Shown here piece after piece: positions 21,686 through 30,916 of a DNA stretch of 64,000 bases. Both the position numbers and the translations under genes were made by a program. The DNA is from Candidatus Pacearchaeota archaeon (GTDB lineage Archaea; Nanobdellota; Nanobdellia; Pacearchaeales; GW2011-AR1): the NCBI GenBank assembly GCA_026395815.1, contig JAPLXZ010000016.1:51698-115697 (forward strand), given 5' to 3'. Every line of letters begins with the position of its first letter. The first letter of the stretch is position 1. The notes under the pieces are model-generated. The model was not told where the DNA came from. It searched no databases and worked only from the letters and a program-made list of their open reading frames with translations.

Positions 21686-22324
21686 ATGGTTATGAAATCT
21701 ATGGCAAAAGAAAATCAGGAACCAGATTATTTTAAGGATATGAGAAGATACGAGTATGCAAAACTAGCCAGCGATTTTTCTAAATCAAAAGAGACTCAAA
21801 GATTTGTACCAGGAGCATTAGAACGATTCGCTTCAGATGTGAAAGAGGTTAGTGAAACTGAAAGTTTATTGCTAAAAGACCTTATAAGAAAGGGACAAGG
21901 ACTTGAAAGTATTCTCGGAATTTATCCTAAAAAATGTGAAGAAGTACATCAAAAGTTAACTCTTGAACAATTTGCAACTTATTATAATGAAATAATCACA
22001 GGTTATTTGGATCAAGAGAAAGTTAAAGCTTTAAAAGAAGCTTTTGGAAGACTGGGTTCTACTACAGTTGAAGATATTCAAAAGAAAATTGGTGAAGCTA
22101 CATACAAATTAATTGGTCATCAAGAAGGATACCAAAAACTTACTGACGATGAATTAAAGAAAGTTCAGGAAACTGCAGAGAAATATAAAGGATTAAATGA
22201 CGTATTAGAATATATTGAAAATGTTTATTTCGAAGAGTTAAAACCAGAAGCAATAAAAAATGCGAATATACAGGGTCTAAATAAGTTAGTGGATTCATAC
22301 TTACAAGAAGGAAAGGCGGCTTAA
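21686..22324 (+). CDS. hypothetical protein
   Basis: 212-aa ORF with no recognised domain. Confidence 0.45.
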   Translation: MVMKSMAKENQEPDYFKDMRRYEYAKLASDFSKSKETQRFVPGALERFASDVKEVSETESLLLKDLIRKGQGLESILGIYPKKCEEVHQKLTLEQFATYYNEIITGYLDQEKVKALKEAFGRLGSTTVEDIQKKIGEATYKLIGHQEGYQKLTDDELKKVQETAEKYKGLNDVLEYIENVYFEELKPEAIKNANIQGLNKLVDSYLQEGKAA

Positions 22325-22505
22325 ACTAAAATGTCTGCAAAAACTTCTTACGCGATTAAAAAAGAACATCTTTGTTCAGTTATGGACAGAGATTTGTTAA
22401 GAAGATTAGATACAGAAATATCAAGTGAATTAAACGTAAGAGAATTATCAAAAAACTTAGATATAGAATTGCCAGAAAAACTTTTAAATTCACAAGGAGG
22501 AAAAA

Positions 22506-22706
22506 ATGAACAAGCTTGAAAGCCGAGCAAGAGCTGAACTCAAAGCAGAATTGTGTCCATTCACAAGAGATTGTTCTTCAAGCGATTATGGAGATGATGA
22601 TTGTTGCAATACTGCTTCCAATGAAAGTTTTGAAGAATGCGAGTTATATAGACAATTTGTAAAGGAAAGAAACACTAGAGAGTCAGTATATACATTCTTA
22701 AGATAA
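22506..22706 (+). CDS. small Cys-rich acidic hypothetical protein
   Basis: 66 aa, CPFTRDC...DDDCC...EEC. It overlaps the end of a 62-aa ORF (22331..22519). Confidence 0.3.
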   Translation: MNKLESRARAELKAELCPFTRDCSSSDYGDDDCCNTASNESFEECELYRQFVKERNTRESVYTFLR

Positions 22707-22714
22707 ATTAATTT

Positions 22715-23593
22715 TTAATCTGCTTCTCCAAGAGAATCATTAACTAATTGAGCCATCACTTTCATGAATTCTTGAGTTCTTTGCTGCCAAGTGTCTATTT
22801 CAACTCCTGTCAGGTCAGTGATTTCTCCATGCGCAATTTTTTTATGAAGAAAAAGCAAATCCCTATACCAAATTACATACTTCATTTTTAATCTTCCAGG
22901 ATTGACAAAAGTTTCTTTCAAATCAACAGAAATATGTTCAGGAGATGCAGGAGGAATTCCTGCAGCAATCAAAGCTGCGTGGCTTGAATCAACCATTGCC
23001 CAATACAATCCTTCAATTGAATTAAGTTCCGATGCTCTGCTCCTTAAAAAATGCGCCGGAGCTCTTTGTAAACAATTGTATATTGCTTCAGGAGTTGATT
23101 TTATCTTGCCATTTATCAATAAATTTTTTAATGGTTCAAAAAATCCAGCGAGATCAATCATCGCTTCCCCATATCTTAAAATGTTTAATATTACAGGATC
23201 GCCTCTAATCAAATCTTCCCACCAGGTAGTTAGTTTTATTGTGTTTATATGAATGCTTTTTTCATAGGGATTGCTTCTCAAAAGCCTGTCGAGTTCTTGC
23301 CTGTACCATGCAGTTAATTCCTGATCCCATCTTATTGCAGCATCGTCAATTATCACAATTATGTCGATATCTGAGCCAGCAACTGAACTCTGCTTCACAG
23401 AAGAACCAAAAAGAATGATTGATTTCATCATCTTGTTGAATACCTTATACGCCTTTGTTGCAAAATCCATTGCAATTTCTGATTCTGATTTTAATTGCAG
23501 GGTTGGATAATTCTTTTTACCTTTCTTAGAATCTTCTTTTGGATGTACCTCTTTCTTAAAATCTTCTTTTTTAACAGTCCCTTTTTTCACCAT
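22715..23593 (-). CDS. nucleotidyltransferase-HEPN fusion protein
   Basis: GSSVKQSSVAGSDIDIIVI is a Pol-beta-type NTase motif (GS...DxD). The C-terminal helical region has an Rx5H motif (RDLLFLH) consistent with HEPN. The N-terminus is Lys-rich. Confidence 0.6.
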   Translation of the reverse strand: MVKKGTVKKEDFKKEVHPKEDSKKGKKNYPTLQLKSESEIAMDFATKAYKVFNKMMKSIILFGSSVKQSSVAGSDIDIIVIIDDAAIRWDQELTAWYRQELDRLLRSNPYEKSIHINTIKLTTWWEDLIRGDPVILNILRYGEAMIDLAGFFEPLKNLLINGKIKSTPEAIYNCLQRAPAHFLRSRASELNSIEGLYWAMVDSSHAALIAAGIPPASPEHISVDLKETFVNPGRLKMKYVIWYRDLLFLHKKIAHGEITDLTGVEIDTWQQRTQEFMKVMAQLVNDSLGEAD

Positions 23594-23635
23594 CTTTTCT
23601 AATCTTATTATGTTCTGCAGGTTTTTAAACGTTTT

Positions 23636-25384
23636 TTATTCCATTGGTCTTCCGCTCATTCTGCTTCCTTCTCCGCCTTGTCTCTGTCCTCCTAACTCCA
23701 TTGGTAACTGAGAGAAACCTGCTCCAAAAGTTTCATAGTTTGTTTGCGGAAGCATTAATCCCATGCCAGGATAATAATCTTGCTGAAGTCCAAGAGATTG
23801 GTTCCAGTAAGGAGCCATTTGCATAGAATAAATAGGGGAACCAAAAGCTTCTAATGTCTCTTTAAATGGAGGCGTCTTAAAGTGTTGCCACCAACTCCCA
23901 GCCTCAATGATTTTTGTTGCGTCAAATCCTTCTTTTCCTAATTTTTCTAGAATCTCTTTGACTGGAACATTTCCCATACCCATCGGCAATTCTGTGTGTT
24001 CAAACCCAAAATTGTCTGACAGATGAATATGCTTGACAAGAGGAGCAACTTTTTCTGTTTCCTTTATGATATCTTCTTTTTCATATCCCATTTTTCTTAG
24101 CATGTTCAAGTGCCCAACATCCCAAGTGACTCCAATTAGCTTTTCAGCAGCTTTTTCAGCCTCATTCCTGCTCATTCCTTTTTTTCTTGCTTCTTCTACA
24201 AATCTCTCTCTTGACTTTTCTACTATCTCTTTTAATTCTCCTCCTGTGCTGAATGCTCCACCAGCAGGAGGATTTTCAATGCTGATTATAGGAGAAGTAT
24301 CCTTGAATTTTTTATAGGAACTAAGAGCAATATTTGAGATTGTTTTGATTGTATTCTCTTTTGAGAAATCATTTAAGTCTCTGAGCATTTGCGGAGGAGT
24401 AAACTGACCTAGTTTCTCAATTCCTTCGTCAATAATCTCTTTCATGATTGCTACGCTTTTGTAATCTCCAGGAGTCTGATTTATTTTTTTTGCCTTTAAT
24501 TCTATTTCTTTATAGAATTCTTTTATATTGTCTTTTTCAATTGGAGAAGCATTATTGTAAGCATAATCAAAAAGTTTTTTCAAATCTTGGTATGAACTGT
24601 TTAGAAAAGTTTTCCCCCTATTGAATGTTGAACGCATCATTTTCTCATCTGGAGTCCAATCTTTTCCTGCTTTTTTTTCTGCTTCTGCTAGAATGTTTGT
24701 GGCCATAGCATGATTCACTGCTTCTTGTCCCATTCCTGCATAATATTCCAATTGCCTTAAATTTTCATTCCACGATTCTTCATTTATTCTTTTTAATTCT
24801 TGTTTGACGTCGGGCTTTCCTTCTTCTCCTGGAAAATGCCTTTCTTTAATTGGAATCTTTTGAATACCGCCTGTTTCTGTGTTAATAACAAGAGCTTCTT
24901 CTATCTGCTTTCCTTTTGGAGGTATTTCTCCTGGAAGAATTACAGACGAATGAAAAGTTACAGGGATATTCCCCTCTGGATTTACATCATGACTTCTTTC
25001 AACAGCAGAAAACATTTGTCTCTCAGCTGCTTCTCTGTTGCTTTCAGAAAATCCTTCTCTTGTCAAGCCCGATGGTTCGACAATTGGACCATGAACAGAA
25101 ACATCAACTCCTGTTAATTTAGAAAGTCTGTTCATTTCTTTTAATTGCTGTTGCGGGATTGATTCAAAAACCTCAGGAGAAACTGCAGATAATTCAATAT
25201 GTTTTGCTCCTGTATTAAGTTTTATTGAAGCATCCTGAATAATATTCGCTGTTCGGGGATCTGTAGTCATTCCTAATGTCTTTGGATTTATTCGATATCC
25301 AATAAAAACATCTCCGTAATGAGGAGTTAATGCAGAATACCCTCCTTGATATATATCACTTATATGATAATCACCATTTGCCAT
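23636..25384 (-). CDS. xylose-isomerase-like TIM-barrel protein with a large internal insertion
   Basis: N-terminal GAKHIELS...VSVHGP and C-terminal TWDVGHLNM...VKHIHLSDN resemble sugar-phosphate isomerase/epimerase metal-ligand motifs. About 250 aa of charged sequence is inserted between them. Confidence 0.45.
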   Translation of the reverse strand: MANGDYHISDIYQGGYSALTPHYGDVFIGYRINPKTLGMTTDPRTANIIQDASIKLNTGAKHIELSAVSPEVFESIPQQQLKEMNRLSKLTGVDVSVHGPIVEPSGLTREGFSESNREAAERQMFSAVERSHDVNPEGNIPVTFHSSVILPGEIPPKGKQIEEALVINTETGGIQKIPIKERHFPGEEGKPDVKQELKRINEESWNENLRQLEYYAGMGQEAVNHAMATNILAEAEKKAGKDWTPDEKMMRSTFNRGKTFLNSSYQDLKKLFDYAYNNASPIEKDNIKEFYKEIELKAKKINQTPGDYKSVAIMKEIIDEGIEKLGQFTPPQMLRDLNDFSKENTIKTISNIALSSYKKFKDTSPIISIENPPAGGAFSTGGELKEIVEKSRERFVEEARKKGMSRNEAEKAAEKLIGVTWDVGHLNMLRKMGYEKEDIIKETEKVAPLVKHIHLSDNFGFEHTELPMGMGNVPVKEILEKLGKEGFDATKIIEAGSWWQHFKTPPFKETLEAFGSPIYSMQMAPYWNQSLGLQQDYYPGMGLMLPQTNYETFGAGFSQLPMELGGQRQGGEGSRMSGRPME

Positions 25385-25425
25385 GGATTATAGTAGTAAA
25401 ATTAATTTATTAATTTATCTAAAAT

Positions 25426-26010
25426 TTATTTTAATCTGAATGGCTTATACTTTTTTTGTTCAGTTTCAAAAGGAAGCTTTTTTATATCTTCAAAAATGTC
25501 CCATTCAACAGACTGTGAATCTATGTTTGAATTTTCACTTTTCCAACTTCTGTCTGAAGGCATTAAAAATTCTTGCCTCATTGATTGACTATCTTTTCTT
25601 GATAGTACAGGAGGAACAAAATTTGTTTCATATTTCCTTTCCTCTTGTTCATCATTCACAGAAAAATTATATTTTGGCTCATTTGTAAGGTTTGACACTG
25701 TCGAATAATCTATTCTTTTGTTTTCTGTTTTTGCTGTCTGATTTGGAATTTCTACTTCTTGCTGAGTTTGTGTTACTCTGTTAATTCTTTCAAGAACTGG
25801 CGACCGTGTTGCAATTTGCGGAGCAACTTGCGGAACAAATTCCTTGAATTCATTGAATTCTTCTTCAATTTCCTCTTCTTCATTTTTTTCTTCAACTTTC
25901 TTTTCTAAATCAGATTCTTTACCCTCGCTTTTTTTTATCTCACTTTCCTTTGGTTTCTTTTTTTTATCTTCTTTAGAATCAATTTCTTTTCTACTCTGCT
26001 TTTTTTTCAT
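25426..26010 (-). CDS. Lys/Glu-rich low-complexity protein
   Basis: 194 aa with a highly charged N-terminus, abutting the 502-aa ORF (4-nt gap). Confidence 0.4.
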   Translation of the reverse strand: MKKKQSRKEIDSKEDKKKKPKESEIKKSEGKESDLEKKVEEKNEEEEIEEEFNEFKEFVPQVAPQIATRSPVLERINRVTQTQQEVEIPNQTAKTENKRIDYSTVSNLTNEPKYNFSVNDEQEERKYETNFVPPVLSRKDSQSMRQEFLMPSDRSWKSENSNIDSQSVEWDIFEDIKKLPFETEQKKYKPFRLK

Positions 26011-26013
26011 GTT

Positions 26014-27522
26014 TTAAGTATAACTTGGCATACCGTGAGCTTTTTTATACACATCAAATATATTAAATACGAGTTCTTTTGCATTAAATGCTGTTAAGGG
26101 CCTGAAATGATTTATTTCAATCCAGCTATCTGGAGTAACAATTATTCCTTTTGGTTTTTCTTCTTTTTTTCCTGGTATGTTTTTTTCATTGTATACGCCA
26201 AACATTGCTAAAAAAGGATTTGAACTGTCTTTTGGTTTCTCTTCCTTTTCTGTTTCTTCTTCTAAGAAAGAATTTATTTCCTCTTCCAATCCTCCCAAAC
26301 TATCCGATGTTGTTCCTTCAATCAAACTAAGAATATCATTAACTTCTGATTTTTTCATTTCTTCGTCTATTTTTTTCAATTCATCGTCGTTTAGAGAATA
26401 AGCCCTAAAGGTTACTTCTGCTCTTCCGCCGAATACATAATGTGCTTGTTGGCTTACTCTTTGTGGAATTCCCCTGAAAGTGAAATCAACTAAGATGCAG
26501 CTGTAGTATTTTCTTTTTAACGTTCTTTGAAACCTTTCTCCTGAAAAATCAGCAGGAAGATTTCCCTTTAATGCTTCATCATGAATGTTCAATTCAGTTT
26601 TTCCAAGCAGAGTCAATTCAAGCATTATAGTATTGAATGTCTTCACTAATTCTGGTTCCATTCCAGGTTCTTTGCTTTCAAGGTCCTGAGCTGCTCTTAA
26701 ATACGGTTTTACCCATCTTGCATACAATTTCAAACTATTCACCTGGCTTCTTAAATAAGTTTTTTCCAATTCATACCTTTTTCTTAATTCCCTCTCTGAT
26801 TCCCTTAGCCATAGGCTAAATTCTTGTATTCTTGGTTTTAGAATTCTTTTGACTCTGTCATTCAAATCAATATTGTCTATATCTTTATCATCTTTTGCAA
26901 TTAAAAATGCGTCAATCAAAGTTTGATAACCTGCTTGTCCCAATGCCATTGCTTTTATGCTTGAATTTCCTTTCATAATATCTACTTTATCCATCCATAT
27001 TTGCTTTAATGCTAATACAGAAGCCTGTTGTTCTTCTCTTTTGCCTGACTTCAATCCTTGATAATGCTCAAGCCTTATCTTGAATTCTTTCAAATCATAA
27101 ATTATATTTAAAACGCTTCTAAGAACAGTATTCACATCTCCAAGAAGCTTGGTTGCTTGTTGCTGCATTATCGTTGCTCTTTGTCCCAATTCAGCAAAGT
27201 GTCCGCTTCCAGGAGTTGAACTGAAGTTATCAATGTACTTTTTCGGAGAGAGCGCGAAGTCATTCAATAAATCTATAATAAAAAAATAGATTGGTTCTAA
27301 AGTTTCTGAAGAAGAATCATAAACAAGTTTATGCGATGCTTCTGCTCCTTTTTTGTTTAATTCAAATCTCTCGCCTTCTTTGGAGTATATAATAGCCTGG
27401 GGTATGACTTCTTCTGTAGGAATATTCTCAGGAGAACCATATTTCCTAAGAAGTTCAAACCCGTTTTTTGCATAAAGCCATGGATTAATCTTCCCAATAA
27501 TCTGTTGAATACTTACTACCAT
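26014..27522 (-). CDS. hypothetical protein (502 aa)
   Basis: Long ORF with no recognised motifs; first gene of a co-directional 4-gene block. Confidence 0.5.
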   Translation of the reverse strand: MVVSIQQIIGKINPWLYAKNGFELLRKYGSPENIPTEEVIPQAIIYSKEGERFELNKKGAEASHKLVYDSSSETLEPIYFFIIDLLNDFALSPKKYIDNFSSTPGSGHFAELGQRATIMQQQATKLLGDVNTVLRSVLNIIYDLKEFKIRLEHYQGLKSGKREEQQASVLALKQIWMDKVDIMKGNSSIKAMALGQAGYQTLIDAFLIAKDDKDIDNIDLNDRVKRILKPRIQEFSLWLRESERELRKRYELEKTYLRSQVNSLKLYARWVKPYLRAAQDLESKEPGMEPELVKTFNTIMLELTLLGKTELNIHDEALKGNLPADFSGERFQRTLKRKYYSCILVDFTFRGIPQRVSQQAHYVFGGRAEVTFRAYSLNDDELKKIDEEMKKSEVNDILSLIEGTTSDSLGGLEEEINSFLEEETEKEEKPKDSSNPFLAMFGVYNEKNIPGKKEEKPKGIIVTPDSWIEINHFRPLTAFNAKELVFNIFDVYKKAHGMPSYT

Positions 27523-27608
27523 ATTTATTTTAAGGATAAAGTGTTTAAAAAATGTTTCTACTATTTATCTTTCGCTAAATTTAAAAACAACTTGTCTTTA
27601 TATAATCC

Positions 27609-27947
27609 ATGGGATTATTCGGAAAGAGTAAAAAAGAGAGGGTAGTTGATTTAACTCCAGGTTATAAAAGACAACAGGAAAAATCAGCACAGGCTTCGTC
27701 CGATACCTCGCAAAAAAGTTCTTCTAATTTTGGATTCCTTGGAAATTTAGCTTCAAGCCAAAATTCTTCTACCAATGAAGCAAATTCTGGCTATGTTAAT
27801 ATGTCAGAAAGCGAAGACAAAAAGAAAAAACTTGGAAAGATGCTGATGGATTTAACTAAAAGGATTGAAGATTTATCGAATCAGATTTATCATTTAAAGC
27901 AAAGAATTGAGCTTTTGGAAAAAAAGTTGAAGATTAGTTTTGAATAA
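27609..27947 (+). CDS. hypothetical coiled-coil protein
   Basis: 112 aa with a C-terminal heptad segment (LSNQIYHLKQRIELLEKKLK). Confidence 0.4.
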   Translation: MGLFGKSKKERVVDLTPGYKRQQEKSAQASSDTSQKSSSNFGFLGNLASSQNSSTNEANSGYVNMSESEDKKKKLGKMLMDLTKRIEDLSNQIYHLKQRIELLEKKLKISFE

Positions 27948-27983
27948 ATTTATTAACTCTATTTCTTTTAATGATTTATGAAA
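27938..27983 (+). promoter_or_regulatory. promoter/5' module copy 1 (tttgaataaatttattaactctatttcttttaatgatttATGaaag)
   Basis: Near-identical module repeated at 28485 and 29108, each immediately before a start codon. Confidence 0.5.
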
Positions 27984-28450
27984 GGAGGTAAGATGAAAAG
28001 AAGAATGAATAGGAGAGGGCAATTAGCAACAGGAACAACCGATAAACCAAAAGAAGTTCCAGTAGGAGTAAAGATAATTTCTATCTTGGGTTATATCGGC
28101 TCTGGTTTTTTATTGCTTGCTGGAATAATATTGATGGTTGGGGGGGAATGTTAAGTTCTATAATCGATGAAAATCCAATACTTGGAGTATTAGGTGCTGG
28201 TTTATTTATTATATTAGGAATTTTATTAGTTGGTCTTGGAATTTTACAAATTTTTATTGCGAGGGGTTTATGGAGAGCAAAAAAATGGGCAAGAATTGTA
28301 GAGATAATCCTTATGTGTTTGGGAATGCTTTCATCTATAGTATCTATGATTCAGGGAAATATTGCAGGCAGCGTATCAAGTCTTGTAATAAGTGGAGTTA
28401 TCGGAGGATATTTATTATTTAGCAAGAAAGTAAAAGAAACATTCGCTTAA
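27978..28450 (+). pseudogene. membrane protein paralog 1, frame-disrupted at a G7 homopolymer (28140..28146)
   Basis: The N-terminal frame (MKRRMNRRGQLATG...) from 27993 stops at 28152. The C-terminal frame (28148..28450, ...GYLLFSKKVKETFA) is homologous to paralog 2. An eighth G would restore the reading frame. Confidence 0.5.
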
Positions 28451-28487
28451 TTTTTTTCTTTATTTTTTCTTTTACTTTTTTCTTTTT
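28451..28487 (+). terminator. oligo-T tract terminator after paralog 1
   Basis: ttttttt ctttatttttt cttttactttttt ctttttg, directly after the stop codon. Confidence 0.4.
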
Positions 28488-28529
28488 GAATAAATTTATT
28501 AACTCTATTTCTTTTAATGATTTATGAAA
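28485..28529 (+). promoter_or_regulatory. promoter/5' module copy 2
   Basis: Identical to copy 1 across about 55 nt, including the GGAGG Shine-Dalgarno site. Confidence 0.5.
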
Positions 28530-29066
28530 GGAGGTAAGATGAATAGAAAGAGACATAAAATGAACAGAAGAGGGCAATTTGGAGCAAGATTAATAAACGG
28601 ATCCAAAGATTTGCCTTTAGGAATAAAAGTGGTTTCTATTCTAAACTATGTTGGAGCATTACTAGGAATTGCCTTTGGAGTCTTAATGCTTTTAGGAGGA
28701 AGTATCTTAGTTTTAATATCTAAAACTGTACCTATACTCCTGAGCTTAGTTTTTATTGTTTCTGTTGCTAGTTCAGTTGTAACAGCTATTTTTGGGCTTT
28801 TATTCACTCCGAGAATGTTTATAGTAGGAATCTCTGTAATTCTATGTGCAGTTTTAACATTGTTTATTGGAAGAGGCTTGTGGAAAGCAAAAAACTGGGC
28901 AAGAATAGCAGTAATAGTCTTGTTTTGTTTAGGGGTACTAAGGGTAGGATTAACTTTCATTCAATCTAAAGCAGTTCAGGTTAATGGAATTATCTCTCTT
29001 GTGCTTTATTTGCTCATTATAGGATACCTCTTATTCAGCAAGAAAGTAAAAGAAGCATTCGCTTAA
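28524..29066 (+). CDS. membrane protein paralog 2 (four TM helices)
   Basis: 180 aa. The N-terminus MKGGKMNRKRHKMNRRGQ parallels paralog 1, and the C-terminus ...GYLLFSKKVKEAFA is nearly identical. Confidence 0.6.
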   Translation: MKGGKMNRKRHKMNRRGQFGARLINGSKDLPLGIKVVSILNYVGALLGIAFGVLMLLGGSILVLISKTVPILLSLVFIVSVASSVVTAIFGLLFTPRMFIVGISVILCAVLTLFIGRGLWKAKNWARIAVIVLFCLGVLRVGLTFIQSKAVQVNGIISLVLYLLIIGYLLFSKKVKEAFA

Positions 29067-29110
29067 TTTTTTTCTTTTTTATTTTTCCTTTATTTTTCCC
29101 TTTTTATTTT
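29067..29110 (+). terminator. oligo-T tract terminator after paralog 2
   Basis: Long T-rich tract directly after the stop codon. Confidence 0.4.
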
Positions 29111-29153
29111 TGAATAAATTTATTAATCCTTCTTCTTTTAATTATTTATGAAA
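29108..29153 (+). promoter_or_regulatory. promoter/5' module copy 3, fused to the start of the GluRS-like gene
   Basis: tttgaataaatttattaatccttcttcttttaattatttATGaaag; the module's first ATG is the gltX-like start codon. Confidence 0.5.
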
Positions 29154-30356
29154 GATCTGGAGAAAAAAACAAGAGCATATGCTTTGAAAAACGCATTAGC
29201 TCATGAAGGAAAAGCAATGCAATCTCCTGTCATATCTTCTTTGTTTAACGAAGGATTAAAAAGAAGCGAAGTTGGGAAGTATGGGAAAAAAATTTCAGAA
29301 ATAATTCTTAGTGTAAATTCTTTATCAATTGAACAACAACAAAAAGAATTTGAGAAATTAGAAAAGCAGGTAAGTGAGAGGCCTGCGAGAGAGGGGCTTG
29401 AAGAACTTCCTGATGTAGACAAGAAAAAAGGGGTTATAATGAGATTTGCTCCATCACCTTCAGGACCAATGCACATAGGACACGCTGCTACTGCATGCAT
29501 CTCTTTTTTATATTTCAAAAAATACAGGGGAAAATTTTATTTTAGAATAGAAGACACCAATCCAGAAAATATTTACCCTCCTGCTTACAAGATGCTTGAA
29601 GATGAAGCCAAATGGCTCTTTGATGACAAAGCAAAAATTATAATCCAATCAGAAAGAATGGAAATATATTATAACTACATTGAAAAACTGATTAAGAAAA
29701 AAGCAGTATATGTTTGCAAATGCTCTTCTGAAAAATTTAAGGAGTTTGTTGAAGCCAAAAAGAATTGTCCTTGCAGAAAATCGGATGTGAAAGAAAATAT
29801 TGTAAGATGGAAGAAAATGCTTGACAAGAATGGCTTTAACAGCGGAGATGCTGTTATAAGATTTAAATCGAATATGAAAGATAAAAATCCTGCAATGAGA
29901 GATTTTCCATTAGCAAGAATAAATGTTGAAAAACATCCAAGGCAAGGAAACAAATACAGAGTTTGGCCATTGATGAATCTTGCTGTTGCAGTGGATGACA
30001 TTGAATTGAAAATGACGCACATTATAAGAGGGAAAGATCACAGAGACAACGCAGAAAGGCAAAAAATGATTTACAAAACATTGAATAAAAAATTTCCTTG
30101 GACTGCTTTTTTAGGAAGAATTCATTTTAAAAATATGGAGCTTTCAACTACAAAATTCAGAAAAGATATTGAAGAAAAAAAATATTCTGGATGGGATGAT
30201 AAAAGATTGCCAACAATAGCATCATTAAGAAAGCAAGGATATCATCCAGATGCATTCTGGAAACTATCAGAACAAATTGGCTTATCTGAAAGCGATAAAG
30301 TGATTGACAGAGAGGAATATTTCAGATTATTGGATAATTATAACCTCAAAGATTAA
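29148..30356 (+). CDS. gltX: glutamyl-tRNA synthetase-like class I catalytic domain with an N-terminal extension; the anticodon-binding domain is absent
   Basis: RFAPSPSGPMHIGHA (HIGH motif), THIIRGKDH, GWDDKRLPTIASLRKQGY (archaeal/eukaryal Glx-RS type). The ORF stops about 295 aa after the HIGH motif. The ~90-aa N-terminal segment resembles a YqeY/GatB-like helical domain (YALKNALAHEGKA...). Confidence 0.7.
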   Translation: MKDLEKKTRAYALKNALAHEGKAMQSPVISSLFNEGLKRSEVGKYGKKISEIILSVNSLSIEQQQKEFEKLEKQVSERPAREGLEELPDVDKKKGVIMRFAPSPSGPMHIGHAATACISFLYFKKYRGKFYFRIEDTNPENIYPPAYKMLEDEAKWLFDDKAKIIIQSERMEIYYNYIEKLIKKKAVYVCKCSSEKFKEFVEAKKNCPCRKSDVKENIVRWKKMLDKNGFNSGDAVIRFKSNMKDKNPAMRDFPLARINVEKHPRQGNKYRVWPLMNLAVAVDDIELKMTHIIRGKDHRDNAERQKMIYKTLNKKFPWTAFLGRIHFKNMELSTTKFRKDIEEKKYSGWDDKRLPTIASLRKQGYHPDAFWKLSEQIGLSESDKVIDREEYFRLLDNYNLKD

Positions 30357-30446
30357 AGTATTAAAAAGTTCTGACGTATTTTATAGAGATAAGAAACATT
30401 TTTAAACTAAAACTAATTAATTATATTAATTTAAAAGGAGGTTAAC

Positions 30447-30911
30447 ATGATGAGAGACAAAAGAGGCCTTTCAACAATCGTTACAACACTTATAATAATT
30501 GTTTTGGTGTTGGTTGCAATAGGGATTGTTTGGGCTGTTGTTAGAAATGTCATACAAACTGGTAGTGGGACTTTAGACATTAGTGCAAAATGTTTGAATG
30601 TTGATGTAAGAGCATCACAAGCAAACTGTAGTGATGGAACTCCCAATAAAGTCTGTCAGGTTACTTTGGTACGAACAGGAACAGGAAATGATGTAATTGC
30701 TGGAGTTAAATTAGTGTTCAGAAATACTACAAGTGCAAAGGTCTATGACGCTGAAGGTAATATAGAACCTGTAGCAGGAAGAGTACTAACAAACGTTCCT
30801 ACAGGAATATTAAGTGCTACATTTATAAGCAAAGTGGAAGCAACAGTTTACTTTGAAGATGAATCAGGAGTTGCTAAGTATTGCTCACAAACGACTTCTT
30901 TTACTTTTTAA
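30447..30911 (+). CDS. archaeal type IV pilin-like protein (class III signal peptide)
   Basis: N-terminus MMRDKRGLSTIVTTLIIIVLVLVAIGIVWA has the KRG-hydrophobic prepilin signal. It is preceded by a strong Shine-Dalgarno site (aaaggaggttaacATG). Confidence 0.7.
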   Translation: MMRDKRGLSTIVTTLIIIVLVLVAIGIVWAVVRNVIQTGSGTLDISAKCLNVDVRASQANCSDGTPNKVCQVTLVRTGTGNDVIAGVKLVFRNTTSAKVYDAEGNIEPVAGRVLTNVPTGILSATFISKVEATVYFEDESGVAKYCSQTTSFTF

Positions 30912-30916
30912 TTTTT

